Below are positions 47,404 through 60,420 of a stretch of 64,000 nt of DNA, one piece after another. The DNA lies in NCBI RefSeq assembly GCF_963506605.1, contig NC_083282.1, forward strand, positions 45,136,001 to 45,200,000, in the 5' to 3' direction. Source of the stretch: Zootoca vivipara. Taxonomy: Eukaryota. The notes under the pieces were generated by a model, which was given only the letters and a program-made list of their open reading frames with translations, was not told the origin of the DNA and made no database searches. Position 1 is the stretch's first letter. Each line of letters begins with the position of its first letter. The position numbers and the translations under genes are program-made.

Positions 47404-50395
47404 AGTTCAGCCATGATACCATGGTGGCATATTCCTCCCAACTCTTTGCTTTTTTAATTTTCTATGTCAGAATACTCTAGCAAAGTGTAGCAACCAGACC
47501 AGTCCATTTGGAGAGAGAGCATGTATGTCAGTGTGTGAGAGATAATAATCCCTTACTGTACCTCAGGAGGCAGCTACTGCAGGTGGAAGGGGAGAACGAT
47601 ATCTCCATGGAACGCCTGGATCAATGCAAGGCCATAAATATGGGATCCTAGGCTTGCCTCTACTTAGAAGCCATTTTCTGTCTGTGTACACAGCTTAGAT
47701 CCCATTTAAGAAATTCTTCCAAACTTGGCAGCATCCTTTAAAAAAAATCTATAACTCTCTTTTTGTGTCCCTTCTTGGGAGCTGCTGTGCAGGTATAAAG
47801 GACCTCTTATTGAGTATAACAAGATGGAAATTGGCAATGCTGGGACAACATAGATAAGGTGGTAGCATCCTGTACCTCTGTTGTAATGACAGGTTCATAG
47901 TGCTGGCTTGAAACCCAAAGTTCCACTGAAGAAAGTCAGACTTCACTGCTGGAGCTAAATTTCCTACCTCTTCCAATCCAGTTTCAAATACTGGAAGCAA
48001 ACAGCTCAGATTCCTACTTCAAGCATTCCTTGTCCAATTATTACTTGCTTTGGTCACCTTAAGAAAGAGGTCGATCCCATTTTCCTTAAGCAATAATAGG
48101 TGCTGTGCAACCAAATGCCTATTCAGTAAATTTGAAGTGCACAAAGAGGATGAACAGCTGTGTGTTTGTAACTCTTCAGTATCTCCAATTCTATATTGTA
48201 GAAGAAATTAAGTGTATAACCACCCAAGTGTTTGACATGGGAGCTCTTAAAAGTAAGCCAACCCTTCCGCAGCAGCATTCTCTTAAAATCCAGCTCTGTC
48301 CAGCTCTTTGTGCAACTCTTCAATCAGCCTCTCCATGTAGGTCAGTCACACACTCTGAACAGATGTGTGCACATATGGAAACTTGGTCTGTATTTACATT
48401 ATGTATAACTTACAAGTACCTCACTTGAGATTCCTCCATTGGAAGAGGGATGCTTGTTCACTAGACTCTGACTGTAGCTGCAGAAATAGTACTTCCAGTC
48501 CTCACTAATCTCTCTCTGAGTATCAAGTCCAGCACAATGCTCAATGTAGAGAGAAGTTAGTATGTGCTGAATAAGAGGGATTGGGGTCCCAAGTCTTGAC
48601 TCTAGTCCCTTATTTTAATATAATAGGCTAATGAGAACTCCCCTGTGGGGAAGAAATAAAAAAGCAGTGCTGCTTCCTGATGTGTGTAGCTGTCCTCTCT
48701 TATTAACCCCTCAAAAAGGAACCATAAAAACGGTGAAAGTCCACAAAAAGTATCAAGCAATAACTTGGGGATCACAGATATGGAAATATTTGAAAAACAG
48801 GTAACAATATCTTGCCTAAGAGTTGCTTGTTGCAACCTTGACAGCAGAAAAGTCTTTTTGCAATCTATGCTTATCTATAAAGGAGCCCTTAACAATGTCA
48901 AGTTCCTTCCGGAGAACTCCCCACAGCTATTTTTTGCATGCATTTTTTTAAGACAGTGAAAAATAAATGTGTTACCATCTCACTGCACACTTAGGATATA
49001 GTAACATTTTGTTTCTCCAAGGAAGATGCATTTACTCTTGATCAGTGCATGGATACTGAAAGAACTGAGCACTGGAGTCTGCTTTAGAGGCCATGAAAGG
49101 AGTCCACACTTCTGTAGTTGATGTGTGAGCTCCTAGAACCCTGTAGCCTTTAGATGTTTGACTTGTACTCTTACTGTTTTGTGAAGATTTAAACAAGTGG
49201 CCTCTCTGATTTTGCTTCATCTATGTTTTTCCTGCTTTCATGCAGTTTTTCTGCAAACAACCTATCAGATGTGGTATTCTTTCTTGAGCTGGGGGAGAGG
49301 GTCGTTTATATGGCTGCTCTGCAATCTTATCAGAATGCTAGTGCAATGCTTTAGTCTCTTATCCTGGTACAGAAAGCATGACATTTCTCCAGCCCACACT
49401 GTAATGGAGTTCTTTTTGAAGGAGCTTGGTAGAAGCCAATTCCTTGGTCATTGTGTGGCTAAAAATTAATGTATACTGTCCACTTTTACAACCTGTAAGA
49501 GTCCCTGGCCCCATGGCCTTCTGGGTATGCAGTCTAGAGCCAGTATTGCACAGCAGCTGTTGGCCATTAGCTGTAATGAATACAGATTGTGGCAAGACAT
49601 TGGCAGTGCTTTGTACAAATACAATAGTGAATTTTGCTTTTATCATGTTTTTGATTTGCTGACAGATGCATCTTGCTTTCTTACAAGCGACCTGCAGACC
49701 CATCTAAGATCCCCAATCTGTTTTTAATTCACTCAATCTTTCTATGTTACATTTATTAAACACGTAATAGCAGCAATACTTGTAACTGATTGGTGAAAGA
49801 TGACTGTGTATAATTGTATGTAACAAATTGCTACCCCAGCAGAAGACAGGAGTATGATAGGTTTATTCTTGGTTGCTGTATCTTGTCCAAGAACACTGGT
49901 GTTTCTTGCCAGTTTAACTACAGACACTTGAATAATTCCTCTTTGCACTTAATGCTGCTGTTTATACTGCATGTCACTACATTTCTATGCAAAAATAACT
50001 TTTGGGGCAGCCAAATATTTGATTAAGGTTTAAAGATCTTTGCAAGATCTATTTTCATATTTATGAAGGAATTTTATGTCTTAATATTTGCAGTCTGTAA
50101 ATAGCTAAACTTTGTCATTAAATCTTAGGAAAAAAAGTCTGTAGCCTGTGTATAATTTAACACTGCCAGAAAAGAATCTTTATGAAACATTTTTCTAATA
50201 CTGCAGATATTTATGGATGTGTAAAGAAGGCAAATATTGGTTTTTATGTTTTACTTGGTCTGACTTTTTTTCCTGAACTACAGCAGCAGTATGTTTTACT
50301 GGAACTGAAATAAGTAACCAAAGATGAATCTAGTTTAAAGTATTTGAATGTTTTCTTTGTCAGTTTTTGTAAACTGTTTCCCAATTTGCTTTCAG

Positions 50396-50411
50396 AATAA
50401 AAACAAATAAA
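50396..50411 (+). terminator. Candidate TESK2 polyadenylation signals (two AATAAA)
   Basis: AATAAA at 50396 and 50406 after a long AU-rich tract, followed by a T/GT-rich element; other AATAAA exist upstream. Confidence 0.5.
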
Positions 50412-51503
50412 TCTACTTTTGTGGTTGAAAAGAGAGCTAAGAAAGAAAGCTCTACCCTGGATTCAGCATTCTCTGACCACCAGAGCAAGAGCTGCTGTGC
50501 TAGCATAAGGGCGAGAATAATGGAGTATGAAATAATAATGCAGTATGAAATCCAATGAAACAGTTGCATTTCTTGTGCAACTTTTAAGGGATGTGATAGT
50601 CTGCTTCTTTGGTAAATGTCTGATTTCACAGAGGTTCCTTTTATAGTATTTTATGATTCCTTTTTTTCAAGCTACAAAGAGACAGTTACTATTTATTTGT
50701 TGTGTGGAATTCAGATTTCCCCCCCCCAAAAAAGGTGGTGTTTCTATTTCCAACTACCCAACAGTATGCGGCTTAGAAAATACACCCCCCACTTTCATTC
50801 TGATCTTTCATCAAAGCTATGCTTTGAACTAAAGTGTCATCATTCTGTTTCCCACAGTGGTCAAGTCACGTTTCCATAAAGTCAGGAAGGAATGCATAAA
50901 CAGTATCCTCCCCAACAACAGGTATTCAGACGCATACTGCTTCTGGCCTATTTCATTTGTATTTGGCATAATCTTTTTTTTAGTCGTTTAACCCAGTAGT
51001 CATCACAACATCTTATGTCAACAAATCAAGTTACTGTATATTAAATACTTTTATAGTTTTATTGAATCAACTTTGAATGCTTGGCTCCTAAGCATCTTGT
51101 GCTACTTATGTGAACAGGACTTCTGAGGACTAGCAGCTATAACAACCTCTTGTAACACATGCAGGGCTAGCCCAAAAGGATATTGTACACTAGTGTTGGC
51201 AGTGGGCGTTATGGCACCAGTTCAGGCAAAAGTGATAGATTAATATGTTCCCTGTATTTTCCCCGTACAACTCCTTTGTATCTGAAACCCACAGATCACC
51301 ATCAATTAGGAATATTAGCAATAAGTGGCAACCAGTGAATTAAAATGTACCATTAGTGTTAGAAGCAGAAAACAAAAGTTAGAAAAGCAAAATAAATTTA
51401 AGCGGAAGGAAAAGAGAGAGAAGCTTAATGTATAAATACATTTGGGTAGGGGGAAGAGTAAGAAATACTGGATAGATTTAGAACTTATGGCTGATTTGTA
51501 CTG

Positions 51504-51628
51504 CAGGTGTGGGAAGCCTTTGGCTCTTCAGATGTTGATGAACTCCTATCATCACTGGCCACACTTGTGGGGGCTGATGGGAGTTGTAGTTCAGTAACAT
51601 CTAGAGAGCGACAGGTTTCCCACACCTG
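51504..51628. mobile_element. hAT-like MITE
   Basis: TIR CAGGTGTGGGAA / TTCCCACACCTG; TSD TTGTACTG / CTGTACTG; internal TGATGGGAGTTGTAGT. Confidence 0.8.
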
Positions 51629-53247
51629 CTGTACTGATTTAGTTGTATACCAAGTTTACTTGATAATTGTGCTATGACCATCAATTCTAAGCTGCAATAT
51701 ACAGGAGTGTCAGGCACCCACACATGGAAGCTTTGCTCCTCCCTTTTTGTGAGCTGTGAAACAAGCCAGGAAATCCCAGTTAAGCATGGTTTCCTGTTCC
51801 CACTATGAACAGATGGTTAATAGCTGCCAAACAAGCTAAGATATATAAGCAAACCTAAAACCTTAACTCCATATTTTGGCTTGTTTGGAAGCCATTTGGG
51901 CATAACCAAGCACTATGATCAACCAAGGCTTTCTGCTTGTTCACAAAAAGGAAGTTTGTGCACAGCTAATACTTGTGCATACTACTTCTACTGAGATTAG
52001 ATTGCCCAAACTAGATTGGTCAGAGGGCCAAACTACCACAGCATGGGGAGGCCACTGTCTTTGCAACTAATTGGTGGGAGGATCATTTGGCCTGAGAAGG
52101 AGAGTACTAACAAAACAGACTGTTTTCTTTCCCTGCTAAAGCTAGTGGTTACAAAGCTGAGTAAGATTAAAAGCCTTTTATAAGTAAAGGCAGCCAGCAA
52201 GAGATTAAATCTCTGCTGTAACAGCATTAGTTGGCTGGGCACATTTCCCCTCTACTAATGCCAAACCTGACTTTAAAGGTAGCATTGGTGAATCGATTTT
52301 TGACCCTTTTTTGTTTCCAGTAGGTTTTACCTAAAGTACACTCCAAATCTTGAGCAGTTGTTTGATTTAGTTTGAGAACAACAGAATGCAGAGTATGCTG
52401 CAGATATCTTCCTCTGCCCTTTGCAAACTAAGGTTCACAGAAGCTTCTTACTCATTTATTCTGCAGCAAACTTACCATCGAACAGGCAAGTGGTATGGGT
52501 AGAAGAAAAGCATGAAACCTATTTCTGAAATTCTCTTGCATCTTCAAGCTCTTGTGCCATCCTCTGTGTCTCACACATAGCTGCAGTTTTTTACCTCCTG
52601 CGCCAAATGTTTCAACATTATTGTTACAGAAAAGAATAGGCCGTATCTAACCAAATCATTGCACACACTGCCAGGTTGCAGAAATGTCAAGAGTATATGG
52701 GGGGGCATGCAGTGGGAGGAAAGGGAACACTGTTGCACTTATGGAAGTCATTCAGTGCACACAATTATTTAGTTGGATACAATGCAATATTTCATAAAGG
52801 GTGATAAACATGAGCAACAGCTAGACTACTGCAAGAGACATGTTGTCGCACTGTTCGTGCCTTGTTCAAAACAGACCTGCTGGACCTCAAGAATGTCTTT
52901 AAGCAGCAGAGTCTTGTACTAGGTTTTCTGCACATGCCTTGTACTAGGCACTGATGAGGCCCATAGAACTTTGGGTGGGTTGGAAAAGTAGTTAACTAAA
53001 GACCCAATCATCAAAACATGAGCTTAGTTATATGGCTACCATGCACTTTTAAAATATGCAAATACTGGGCACAAGCAGCAGGGTGGGATGAAAGCACCCC
53101 CACTGCCACATACCCTGAAGTCTGAATGTTGTTCCTTCTCCCCTCCCTCCCTCTGCGATTTGAATCTTTTTGAATACGCACTTTAACTGAATTTACACAA
53201 TATTGTATCTAGTTTGGTAAGTACGCTGGTGCATACTTACCAATATA

Positions 53248-53456
53248 CAGTGCTACCTCTACTTACGAATGCGATCCATTTCGGAGTACCATTTGCATCC
53301 CCAAAAGTCCGTAAGTAGAGCACCGCTACTGCACATGTATGAAGCGCACAGATCGCTTCTGTGTGTGGCAAACCCGGAAGTAAACACTTCCGGGTTTGAC
53401 ATATTCATAACCTGAAAAGCAGCAACGTGAAGCAAACATAACACGAGGTATGACTG
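53248..53456. mobile_element. Tigger/pogo-like MITE
   Basis: TA|CAGTGCTACCTC ... GAGGTATGACTG|TA. Confidence 0.75.
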
Positions 53457-53901
53457 TAATCCCCAACAGGCTCTGATCTGAAATTTAAATTGCACAAATA
53501 CTGCATAAATACAAGGTTTTATACTACTATAAATATTGTTACTTATATATGGAAGCTGTTTGGTCTTTGTATGCAAGAGAAGAAGTGGTCTCCATGGTTG
53601 TTACAAAAATAAGCTTCTGGTTCTCATGCTGTTGGGTTTGAATGAGTGGATTAAATTAATATGCTATAAATTAGGGCTCCTCATAGCTCTCCCATGTTTA
53701 AGACAGTTGCCTGGTCCTGTGTACATAAGGCTCTACCTTTAACAAGAAAGGAAATTCTAGTACTATACAGAGTAATTTAATTGTGCAGATGTTTAAAAAT
53801 AAAAGTTACAGTCTGCTGCTTTTGTTTGAGGACTGTGGGTAGAAGCTGCTGCTGTTTTCAACAGCTCTTATATAAAGTCCCAAGTAGGAGGGTTCCCAGC
53901 T

Positions 53902-54678
53902 CTACTTACTAGCCCAAGCCAATTTCATCTTCTGGCTGTGAGCTTTGGAGGATTTAGAAAACAAACTTTTCACTATCTGAAGGGGGACAGACTTCCCACT
54001 GAGGTACACTTTGTTATGGCAGTCCGGCAACCAAGGCCCTTCACTTGAGTCTTTGTGTTCATCATTTTTGAGCATATGAACGTAGGCAATAATGTAACCT
54101 GTCATGAAGGCATCAAAGCCAGCCCGGTGAATACCACCCTCTGAACAGCCAGGCACTGGTGCCACTGGGTTCTGGGTGCCAGACAAAGCTGTTACTACAG
54201 AAGCACACTCTATCTGGACTTTTGGTCCTGATCCTTCAGTCCCTGCTGCCCTTTGTTGTGGCCCATCTTTGGATGGTGATAAAGTGATGCCCTCATTGTC
54301 TGTGGCACTGGCTTGTTCTTCATCCATCTTGGTATCAGATGCCGTGTCAGAGCCTAGTTCTCGTTCCACGTCCATTGAACTCTCCTCATTACTGGATACA
54401 GCTTCTGTGCCTGCAGAATCTACAGTAGGAGCAACCATGTTGCTTAAACAAGACTGCTTGGATGGGGGACCATCCTCCATATTGCAAGCCGCCTCTCCTT
54501 CCTTCTCAGGTTTTCTTAACGCAGGTTCCTTTGAAGGCTCTACAAAATTCTTCCGATGCTTCCACTTCTGCTTTCTTTTCTTCCGCTTGTCCTCTTTGTG
54601 GTTCTCATCTTCATTAATTATTAGGTCAATGTTGTGAGACTGTGAACACTTCAATCCATCTGGGCACCAGCCATAGGC
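53902..54678 (-). CDS. TOE1: TOE1 last coding exon (777 bp): CCCH finger end, basic NLS, final DEDDh motif
   Basis: ctgcag|AYGWCPDGLKCSQSHNIDLII..KRKKRKQKWKHRK..GIHRAGFDAFMTGY..HNKVYLSGKSVPL..stop. Confidence 0.96.
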   Translation of the reverse strand, partial: AYGWCPDGLKCSQSHNIDLIINEDENHKEDKRKKRKQKWKHRKNFVEPSKEPALRKPEKEGEAACNMEDGPPSKQSCLSNMVAPTVDSAGTEAVSSNEESSMDVERELGSDTASDTKMDEEQASATDNEGITLSPSKDGPQQRAAGTEGSGPKVQIECASVVTALSGTQNPVAPVPGCSEGGIHRAGFDAFMTGYIIAYVHMLKNDEHKDSSEGPWLPDCHNKVYLSGKSVPLQIVKSLFSKSSKAHSQKMKLAWASK

Positions 54679-54745
54679 CTGCAGGGGGGAGAGAGAATCA
54701 TTAGAACACTTGAGAAAATATCACTGGATCTTAGATACCCTACAG

Positions 54746-54880
54746 CAGTGATTCTCAAACTTGGGTCTCCAGGGTCTCCAGCTGTTGCTGGACTACAGCT
54801 CCCATCATCCCTAGCTAGCAGAACCAGTGGTCAGGGATGATGGGAGTTGTAGTCTAACAGCTGGGGACCCAAGTTTGAGA
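54746..54880. mobile_element. Palindromic hAT-like MITE
   Basis: TCTCAAACTTGGGTC / GACCCAAGTTTGAGA; GACTACAGCTCCCATCATCCCT / AGGGATGATGGGAGTTGTAGTC. Confidence 0.7.
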
Positions 54881-55332
54881 CTTTCAACATTAACTTCTGG
54901 ATATTTACCACATTTGTGAGATTATGCCATGCTAATTAACTAGAAAATAGCAATGTTAAAGACTATTCTGGATCACCCAAATCAAATATACTGGACTAAT
55001 TGGGCCTTTAGCCTGATCTAGCAGGTCTCCTGTGTTCCCTAGTAAGCTCCCAGATACCCTCATTATTAAAAGGTAGCACATCTCCATTTTTATCAGAAAG
55101 CTGCAGAAAGAGGTACCATGCTTTAAAATTCACCATAATGCCAGGAGAAGCATTTGCCTCCCACTGCTGCGCACACACCCAGCCCAAGAGCCTCTCTCTC
55201 ATCCTACCGGTAGACATATTGTCCTCACAGTCCCTATCTGAGAATATCCACCACACTGAATGAACTATTTACAATTTACTATTGTAAATGTCAAATTCTA
55301 TTTGACAGAAGGTAGAGAGAAGTAATACTTAC

Positions 55333-55507
55333 AGAAAACGTTTGACAGATGGTGACTTTGTTTGCAGGGTCAAGCCCAGATTGGCTGGCATCTGACAGGG
55401 AACAGAAACGATAATCGATGTAGGAAGCTATGCTGTCTGGGTAGTTGCAGAACTCTATGCTGAGGTGCTGCTTTTCTGAATTCTTCAACCTGTAGTTGTC
55501 TCGCTTG
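55333..55507 (-). CDS. TOE1: TOE1 coding exon (175 bp)
   Basis: ttccag|(C)KRDNYRLKNSEKQHLSIEFCNYP..IDYRFC..ICQTFS|gtaagt. Confidence 0.94.
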
Positions 55508-56365
55508 CTGGAAGGCAAGAATAGCATTAGAACCTGGAACAGAGGCTGTGTCAGAGCAAGGAGATCAACTGCCCTTCGGGACAGGCTCCTCTATGTATTC
55601 ATAGAAAAGCCCCCTGCATGTAGAAAAATGAGCTAAAGCGGAAATAAGAATATAAAAGATACATAGCATTGCCTTTTAGAAGAGAAGCACAGACACATGA
55701 AAATGCTATCAGCACAACTGCTTGTTTCCCTGACTGGCAGCGATACCTGGAACACCATAACAGGGTATGAGCATCTTCCCAAACTAGTATTTTTCTCTAA
55801 GCAGAAGGCAAACCTCTCATTTGATTATTAGAATCAGGGAGTGAGGAAACAGAAAAGGGAAGAGAAAAACCTGAGGAGTTGTTTAGTCAGTTCTGCACAT
55901 TTCTACTAGTTTCTTCTGCTAGTAGCCAAGGACAACATGAAAAACCCTACCCCTTCATTCTGCTGCCACAGAGAACTTAGTCAGGAGCCACCCTCTATTG
56001 CATTAGACAGACGAGACTGTTGCAGTCTCTTTTTCAATATATTTTCTGATATACTGTATGCAAAGAACTTTTGCTTCATGCCACATTTTGAAGATACCGA
56101 AAATTGAGTGACAATCCTCCTTGCTGTATTTTAGTGTTTTAAAGGCACAACATGGAATGCGACTGACCCTTCATCTCTTGGGTCCTCTGGATGTGCCAAA
56201 GGAGTAGAGTTCGTGGAGACCATAAATTATGGCTAACTGCCAAGGCCAGTCAAAATTTTGTAGACTGGAATTAAGTAAAATGCATTACTCAGAATCCAGG
56301 CTCTAGTATCAAATAGGAGATTTCAGTCTCCTAAGCAGTACAAAGAAATGCAACTCATCTTCATT

Positions 56366-56590
56366 ATACATCTTTAGGCACCAGGTGAAAACGTTCCTCT
56401 TCAGCCAGGCCTTTGTCTGATTGACATCCGATGCCCTTTAATATGGGTTGTGGAAGGGGCGCTTATTGGTTTGTTTTTGTTCATATTTCTATCATGTATT
56501 TTGTGTTTTTTATATTGAATTTTTATGTTGTGAACCACCCTAAGATCTACAGGTATAGGGCAGAATACAAATTTAGTAACAAGAATAATT
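56366..56590 (+). mobile_element. L2-like LINE 3' end remnant
   Basis: TTTAGGCACCAGGTGAAAACGTTCCTCTTCAGCCAGGCCTTTG ... GTGAACCACCCT..GGGCAG..AAAT tail. Confidence 0.55.
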
Positions 56591-57209
56591 TAAACTCAAA
56601 GAATTTCTGCTGAAAGCTGTAGCAAGAGAACAACCTGAGACAAATGGCAGGCAAGTACATGCATGTGTTTGTACATGAGTTTGTAGTGGAGCCTGGGGTT
56701 TAATTGAATCACAATTAAGATTTAACTGAATCACAGTATTTGCCCAAAATGCACATAAATAGAATAACCTATATGGAAAGTAATGGAAGTCACTAACTGG
56801 ATATGGTATTCATACTTCTTGTCCTCTACCTACTCATTCATACCCAAATCAGACCTGTTCCAGTAAAAATAGAAGAGCAGCAGCCTTGGACCCAGCAGTT
56901 GTATTCTCCTTACTTAAAGCCCAGGAGCAGCATTCAATGATGTATGCCTGCTTACCCAACAGAAATCAGCCTGTGCAATGGAACTTCCAAATTCTATTCT
57001 ACCTCCCACACCCATGTGCTCCCAAAACCTGGTCCCTCAAATCTCCAGAGTAGATTTTGGGAGTACATGGGGAGGTGAAAGGGGGAGGGGAGGAAGGAAA
57101 AGCTTTGTTATGTGAGCAGGCAAATAAATGTCCACTTGTGCTATGATGGATCTCAGCCCAAGAATCCTCGTCAGGGTGCTTACAGCTTGATCTGGCAAGA
57201 GATACCTAC

Positions 57210-57469
57210 CATTTCTTGTAGGCATACTCTAGGTAAGAAGCCACAAAACGTGCCTCAAATTCGGAAGCATACTTGGTGTCATAGATGCCAGCTGGGAACA
57301 TCTCTGAAAGATCAGCAGTGAAGGTGCCCAAATTGTCAGGAAGGTGAGCATAAAAGCACTGGTACAGGAAAACCAAATCAATTAGGCCATTATGCAGAAT
57401 GAGTGGCTTTCTGGCTCGGATCAGTTCCAGGAAAAAAGTACGGACAGTCTGGCTGTGGTTTTCATTTCC
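57210..57469 (-). CDS. TOE1: TOE1 coding exon (260 bp)
   Basis: caacag|[57 protein letters not shown]|gtaggt. Confidence 0.97.
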
Positions 57470-58311
57470 CTGTTGAAAGAGCAGAGAGGGGGTAAGGTTA
57501 GCTAGCCTCATTTCCAAAGCCTGCACTAGTTTCTCTGATATGGGAACAGCCTAGATGAAGATGAGCCTCAGCAGTGTTGGGCGGTCACTGCAGGCAAAGG
57601 CAGCAGAAGTAAATGCAAAAGGAAAGAGGATGGCATTGATTACCTGGAGTTCCCTTCACCTGTTATGATGGTACAGGTCTACAGGCCAAATTCTGCCACT
57701 GCTTATGGATTCATGACCCAGGTCCTAGGGCAGAAGCACCACACCTAGTTTTCGCTGAAGTACAACCTAGAAAAGGCAGGATGCCCACCACCACTCTCTC
57801 CTGTACTCTAAGCAGAGATGGTGCTTTATTCATCTACCAGAACTGTCAGATGAAAGTACGGGACATTTACCACCCCACCAGCTCAGGCCCTGGTTTGTGT
57901 TCCCATGCTTATTTCTGCAAGGCCAGTTCTCCTCCAGCTCAGTGGTGAAAACAGCTCTGCCTGGCTCCCAGGCTTGTTTTAGCAACAGGCAAATCCCAGG
58001 TGCTTCCTTTCTGTGGCTGCTAGCAGACTGACTCTTCCACAGAAGCTCCACAGAACTACTTTGACTAGGTGGTGGCCATGTTGGTGCAACACCAATTCAG
58101 CCCCATGACACTGAAGTGTAAAATGGATTGTGGGTTGTTAATTTATGTTAATGGTGTTAATAAAGGTTTTTAAAATATACATGTGGATAATTTTGATTAG
58201 CAAAAGAAGTGTGAAATGCAAATGAAGCCAAGCAGGTATTTAGAAAGAAACAAGTTGCTTTCTCATTGTGGTCTCACCTCAATTATACCTTACAGTAAAG
58301 AGTCCCCATAC

Positions 58312-58470
58312 CTTGTCATTGCCTCTGTGATAAGGAATGCCCTGAGAATACTGCTTGTTGAAGTCAAAGCCATGTTGCACCAGGAACTGAACTGACTGTG
58401 GTTCAATGATATAATCCTCCATACAGAGCAAGGTCAGGTTGTAGATCTGGGAGAGGTACGTGTTCTCTGA
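58312..58470 (-). CDS. TOE1: TOE1 coding exon (159 bp)
   Basis: ttgcag|[53 protein letters not shown]|gtatgg. Confidence 0.97.
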
Positions 58471-58701
58471 CTGCAAATACAGGCCAGTTCATAGAAATTG
58501 AGAGCAGCACAGAAAAAGTGCAAACAGTAACATCCTAGAAATCAGCAACTACTTCCTTTATTGTCTAGAGTCAATGCTGGTCACTTTATGCATCACTCTA
58601 TGCATTGAAGACTGAACCTTCAATATACAATCCTCTTATAAGCCACACATTCTTAACTCAGCAGTAGAATTAGGGTGAAAGCCAGACAATGAGCACTATA
58701 C

Positions 58702-58798
58702 CTTATCAGGAAGATGTTTGAAACAAGCAATTCCTAGAGACAAAATGGAGCGTGTTCTGGCAGCACCGCAAACAGATTTGTATCGTTCTTCAATACAC
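58702..58798 (-). CDS. TOE1: TOE1 coding exon (97 bp)
   Basis: ccacag|(Q)[32 protein letters not shown]|gtatag. Confidence 0.96.
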
Positions 58799-59229
58799 CT
58801 GTGGGGAGAAGCCTCAGGCAGCTTAGTAAGAAATTTAGACCACTGAACCATAGCTTCCCTATTGACATGACAAATTTCACCTTCCCATTCAAGATTGAGA
58901 CCAGCCTGAGTTTTGAAGCATATTAATAGCATGTGGGCCTGTTCCCCGCAGCTTGCATATTTCCTGCCCTCAAATAACCGATTACTCCAAATGGGCAAGC
59001 ACATCTTAAACCATCCACACCCACACAGAGTCAATGAACTGCTTCCACTGTGAATCCCAATAGGTCCAACTAGTATCTGGTATTGAGTCAGGGGGAAACA
59101 AAGACTCCTGAAAGTATTGGCAGACACTTCACCATGCTGTCCATACTCTAGGACCTAATAGTTCAGAACAACAAGAATGAGAACATCATGCTTCAGAAAG
59201 GACTCATACAGAAGCAGCACATTACTTAC

Positions 59230-59270
59230 TGATTCAACAAACTCTTCCTTGCTCCAAGCCCACTAAGCTC
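59230..59270 (-). CDS. TOE1: TOE1 coding exon (41 bp)
   Basis: ccatag|ELSGLGARKSLLN(Q)|gtaagt; completes the DTE catalytic motif. Confidence 0.95.
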
Positions 59271-59575
59271 CTATGGACAAAGATAACAATTAGATTTCCA
59301 CTCCATGGTAGAATAAGTTATGTAAAATAAGTTGTAGCTCAGTGTTGCAGTTTTACATGTACAATGTTTAATCCCTGATATCATCCATGCAGAGCTGGAA
59401 AACTCCTGTCTGAAACCATGGAAAGCAGTATAAAGAATAGGTAGATAGACCAATGGAAAAATTAAAGAAAATGGTGTCAGCTTTCCCTAGCAAAGACAGC
59501 AACCCAGTTACTATCAAAGTTAACAGTCCCCCACACCCTTTTTGAGAAATCACAAAGAAGGGCAACTCTACCCAC

Positions 59576-59686
59576 CGTGTCAATAGCTATGAAGCTAGAT
59601 GTTTTGATGGCCAAGAGCATGGATGGCCAGAGCTCCTTGAAATTATCATTCTGGACATCGATGACTGGCACTTTCAAGGAAGTCAT
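59576..59686 (-). CDS. TOE1: TOE1 first coding exon (CAF1/PARN-family DEDDh deadenylase)
   Basis: Acceptor cccaacag with exon start at 59696, ATG at 59686: [37 protein letters not shown]|gtgggt. Confidence 0.93.
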
Positions 59687-59959
59687 CCTTATGCAGCTGT
59701 TGGGACACAAGAGATGAGACATGCATAACTTTTACAATCAAATGATTAATTTTGCTTTGGGGATACCAATGACTAATTTAAAAAAACCAATGCACAGATT
59801 GCTCCCTGCACATATTAAATAACAACACCTCAGAAAAAAAGAGAACAGGAACCCCTGCTTTATATGGCAAAAAACCCAAGAGTCCCAGATATAGTAAATG
59901 CTTCATCTCGTTAAAGCTCAAACCAGAACTAGAACGGGAACAGTAAAAAGTCATCAGTA

Positions 59960-60183
59960 CAGTGGTACCTCTGGTTAAGAACTTAATTCGTTCCGGAGGT
60001 CCGTTCTTAACCTGAAACTGTTCTTAACCTGAGACACCACTTTAGCTAATGAGGCCTCCTGCTGCCGCTGCGCTGCCAGAGCACGATTTCTGTTCTCAAC
60101 CTGAGGTAAATTTCTTAACCTGAGGTACTATTTCTGGGTTAGCGGAGTCTAACCTGAAGCATTTGTAACCCGAGGTACCACTG
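59960..60183 (-). mobile_element. Tigger/pogo-like MITE in TOE1 intron 1
   Basis: TA|CAGTGGTACCTC ... GAGGTACCACTG|TA; reverse complement of the 14547-14772 family. Confidence 0.88.
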
Positions 60184-60354
60184 TACATGATCCATAACGT
60201 GCACGTTATAGGTGAGATCAAGTTTAAACCTCCGCTCCGCCACCATTTCCTGGTCTCTGCCAACTAACTCGTTTAGGAGAATGCACATCGTCTGCACAAG
60301 AAACCGCTGAGCACAATACATCCTCCCGGAAGGTGCTTTCGAAAGACCTCTTAC

Positions 60355-60420
60355 CTTCGAGAAGTGACACCTGAGAGTTAGTTACACCGTCGCCATGTTC
60401 AACTCGCCAGCTTCCGGCGC
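60355..60420 (-). other. TOE1: Probable TOE1 non-coding exon 1 containing a uORF (5' limit approximate)
   Basis: Strong donor AAG|GTAAGA at 60355/60354; CpG-rich; CCGGAAG and AACATGGCG motifs. Confidence 0.65.

Noticed and set aside
52930-52992. Possible type III hammerhead (TGCCT..AGGCA CTGATGA GGCCCAT..GTGGGTT G GAAA)
   Set aside because: There is no UH at the cleavage position, no stem III partner, and an extra base before GAAA. Probably chance.
59687-59722. Upstream in-frame ATG extending TOE1 ([12 protein letters not shown])
   Set aside because: It lies in the pyrimidine tract upstream of a good CAG acceptor at 59697, so it is most likely intronic.
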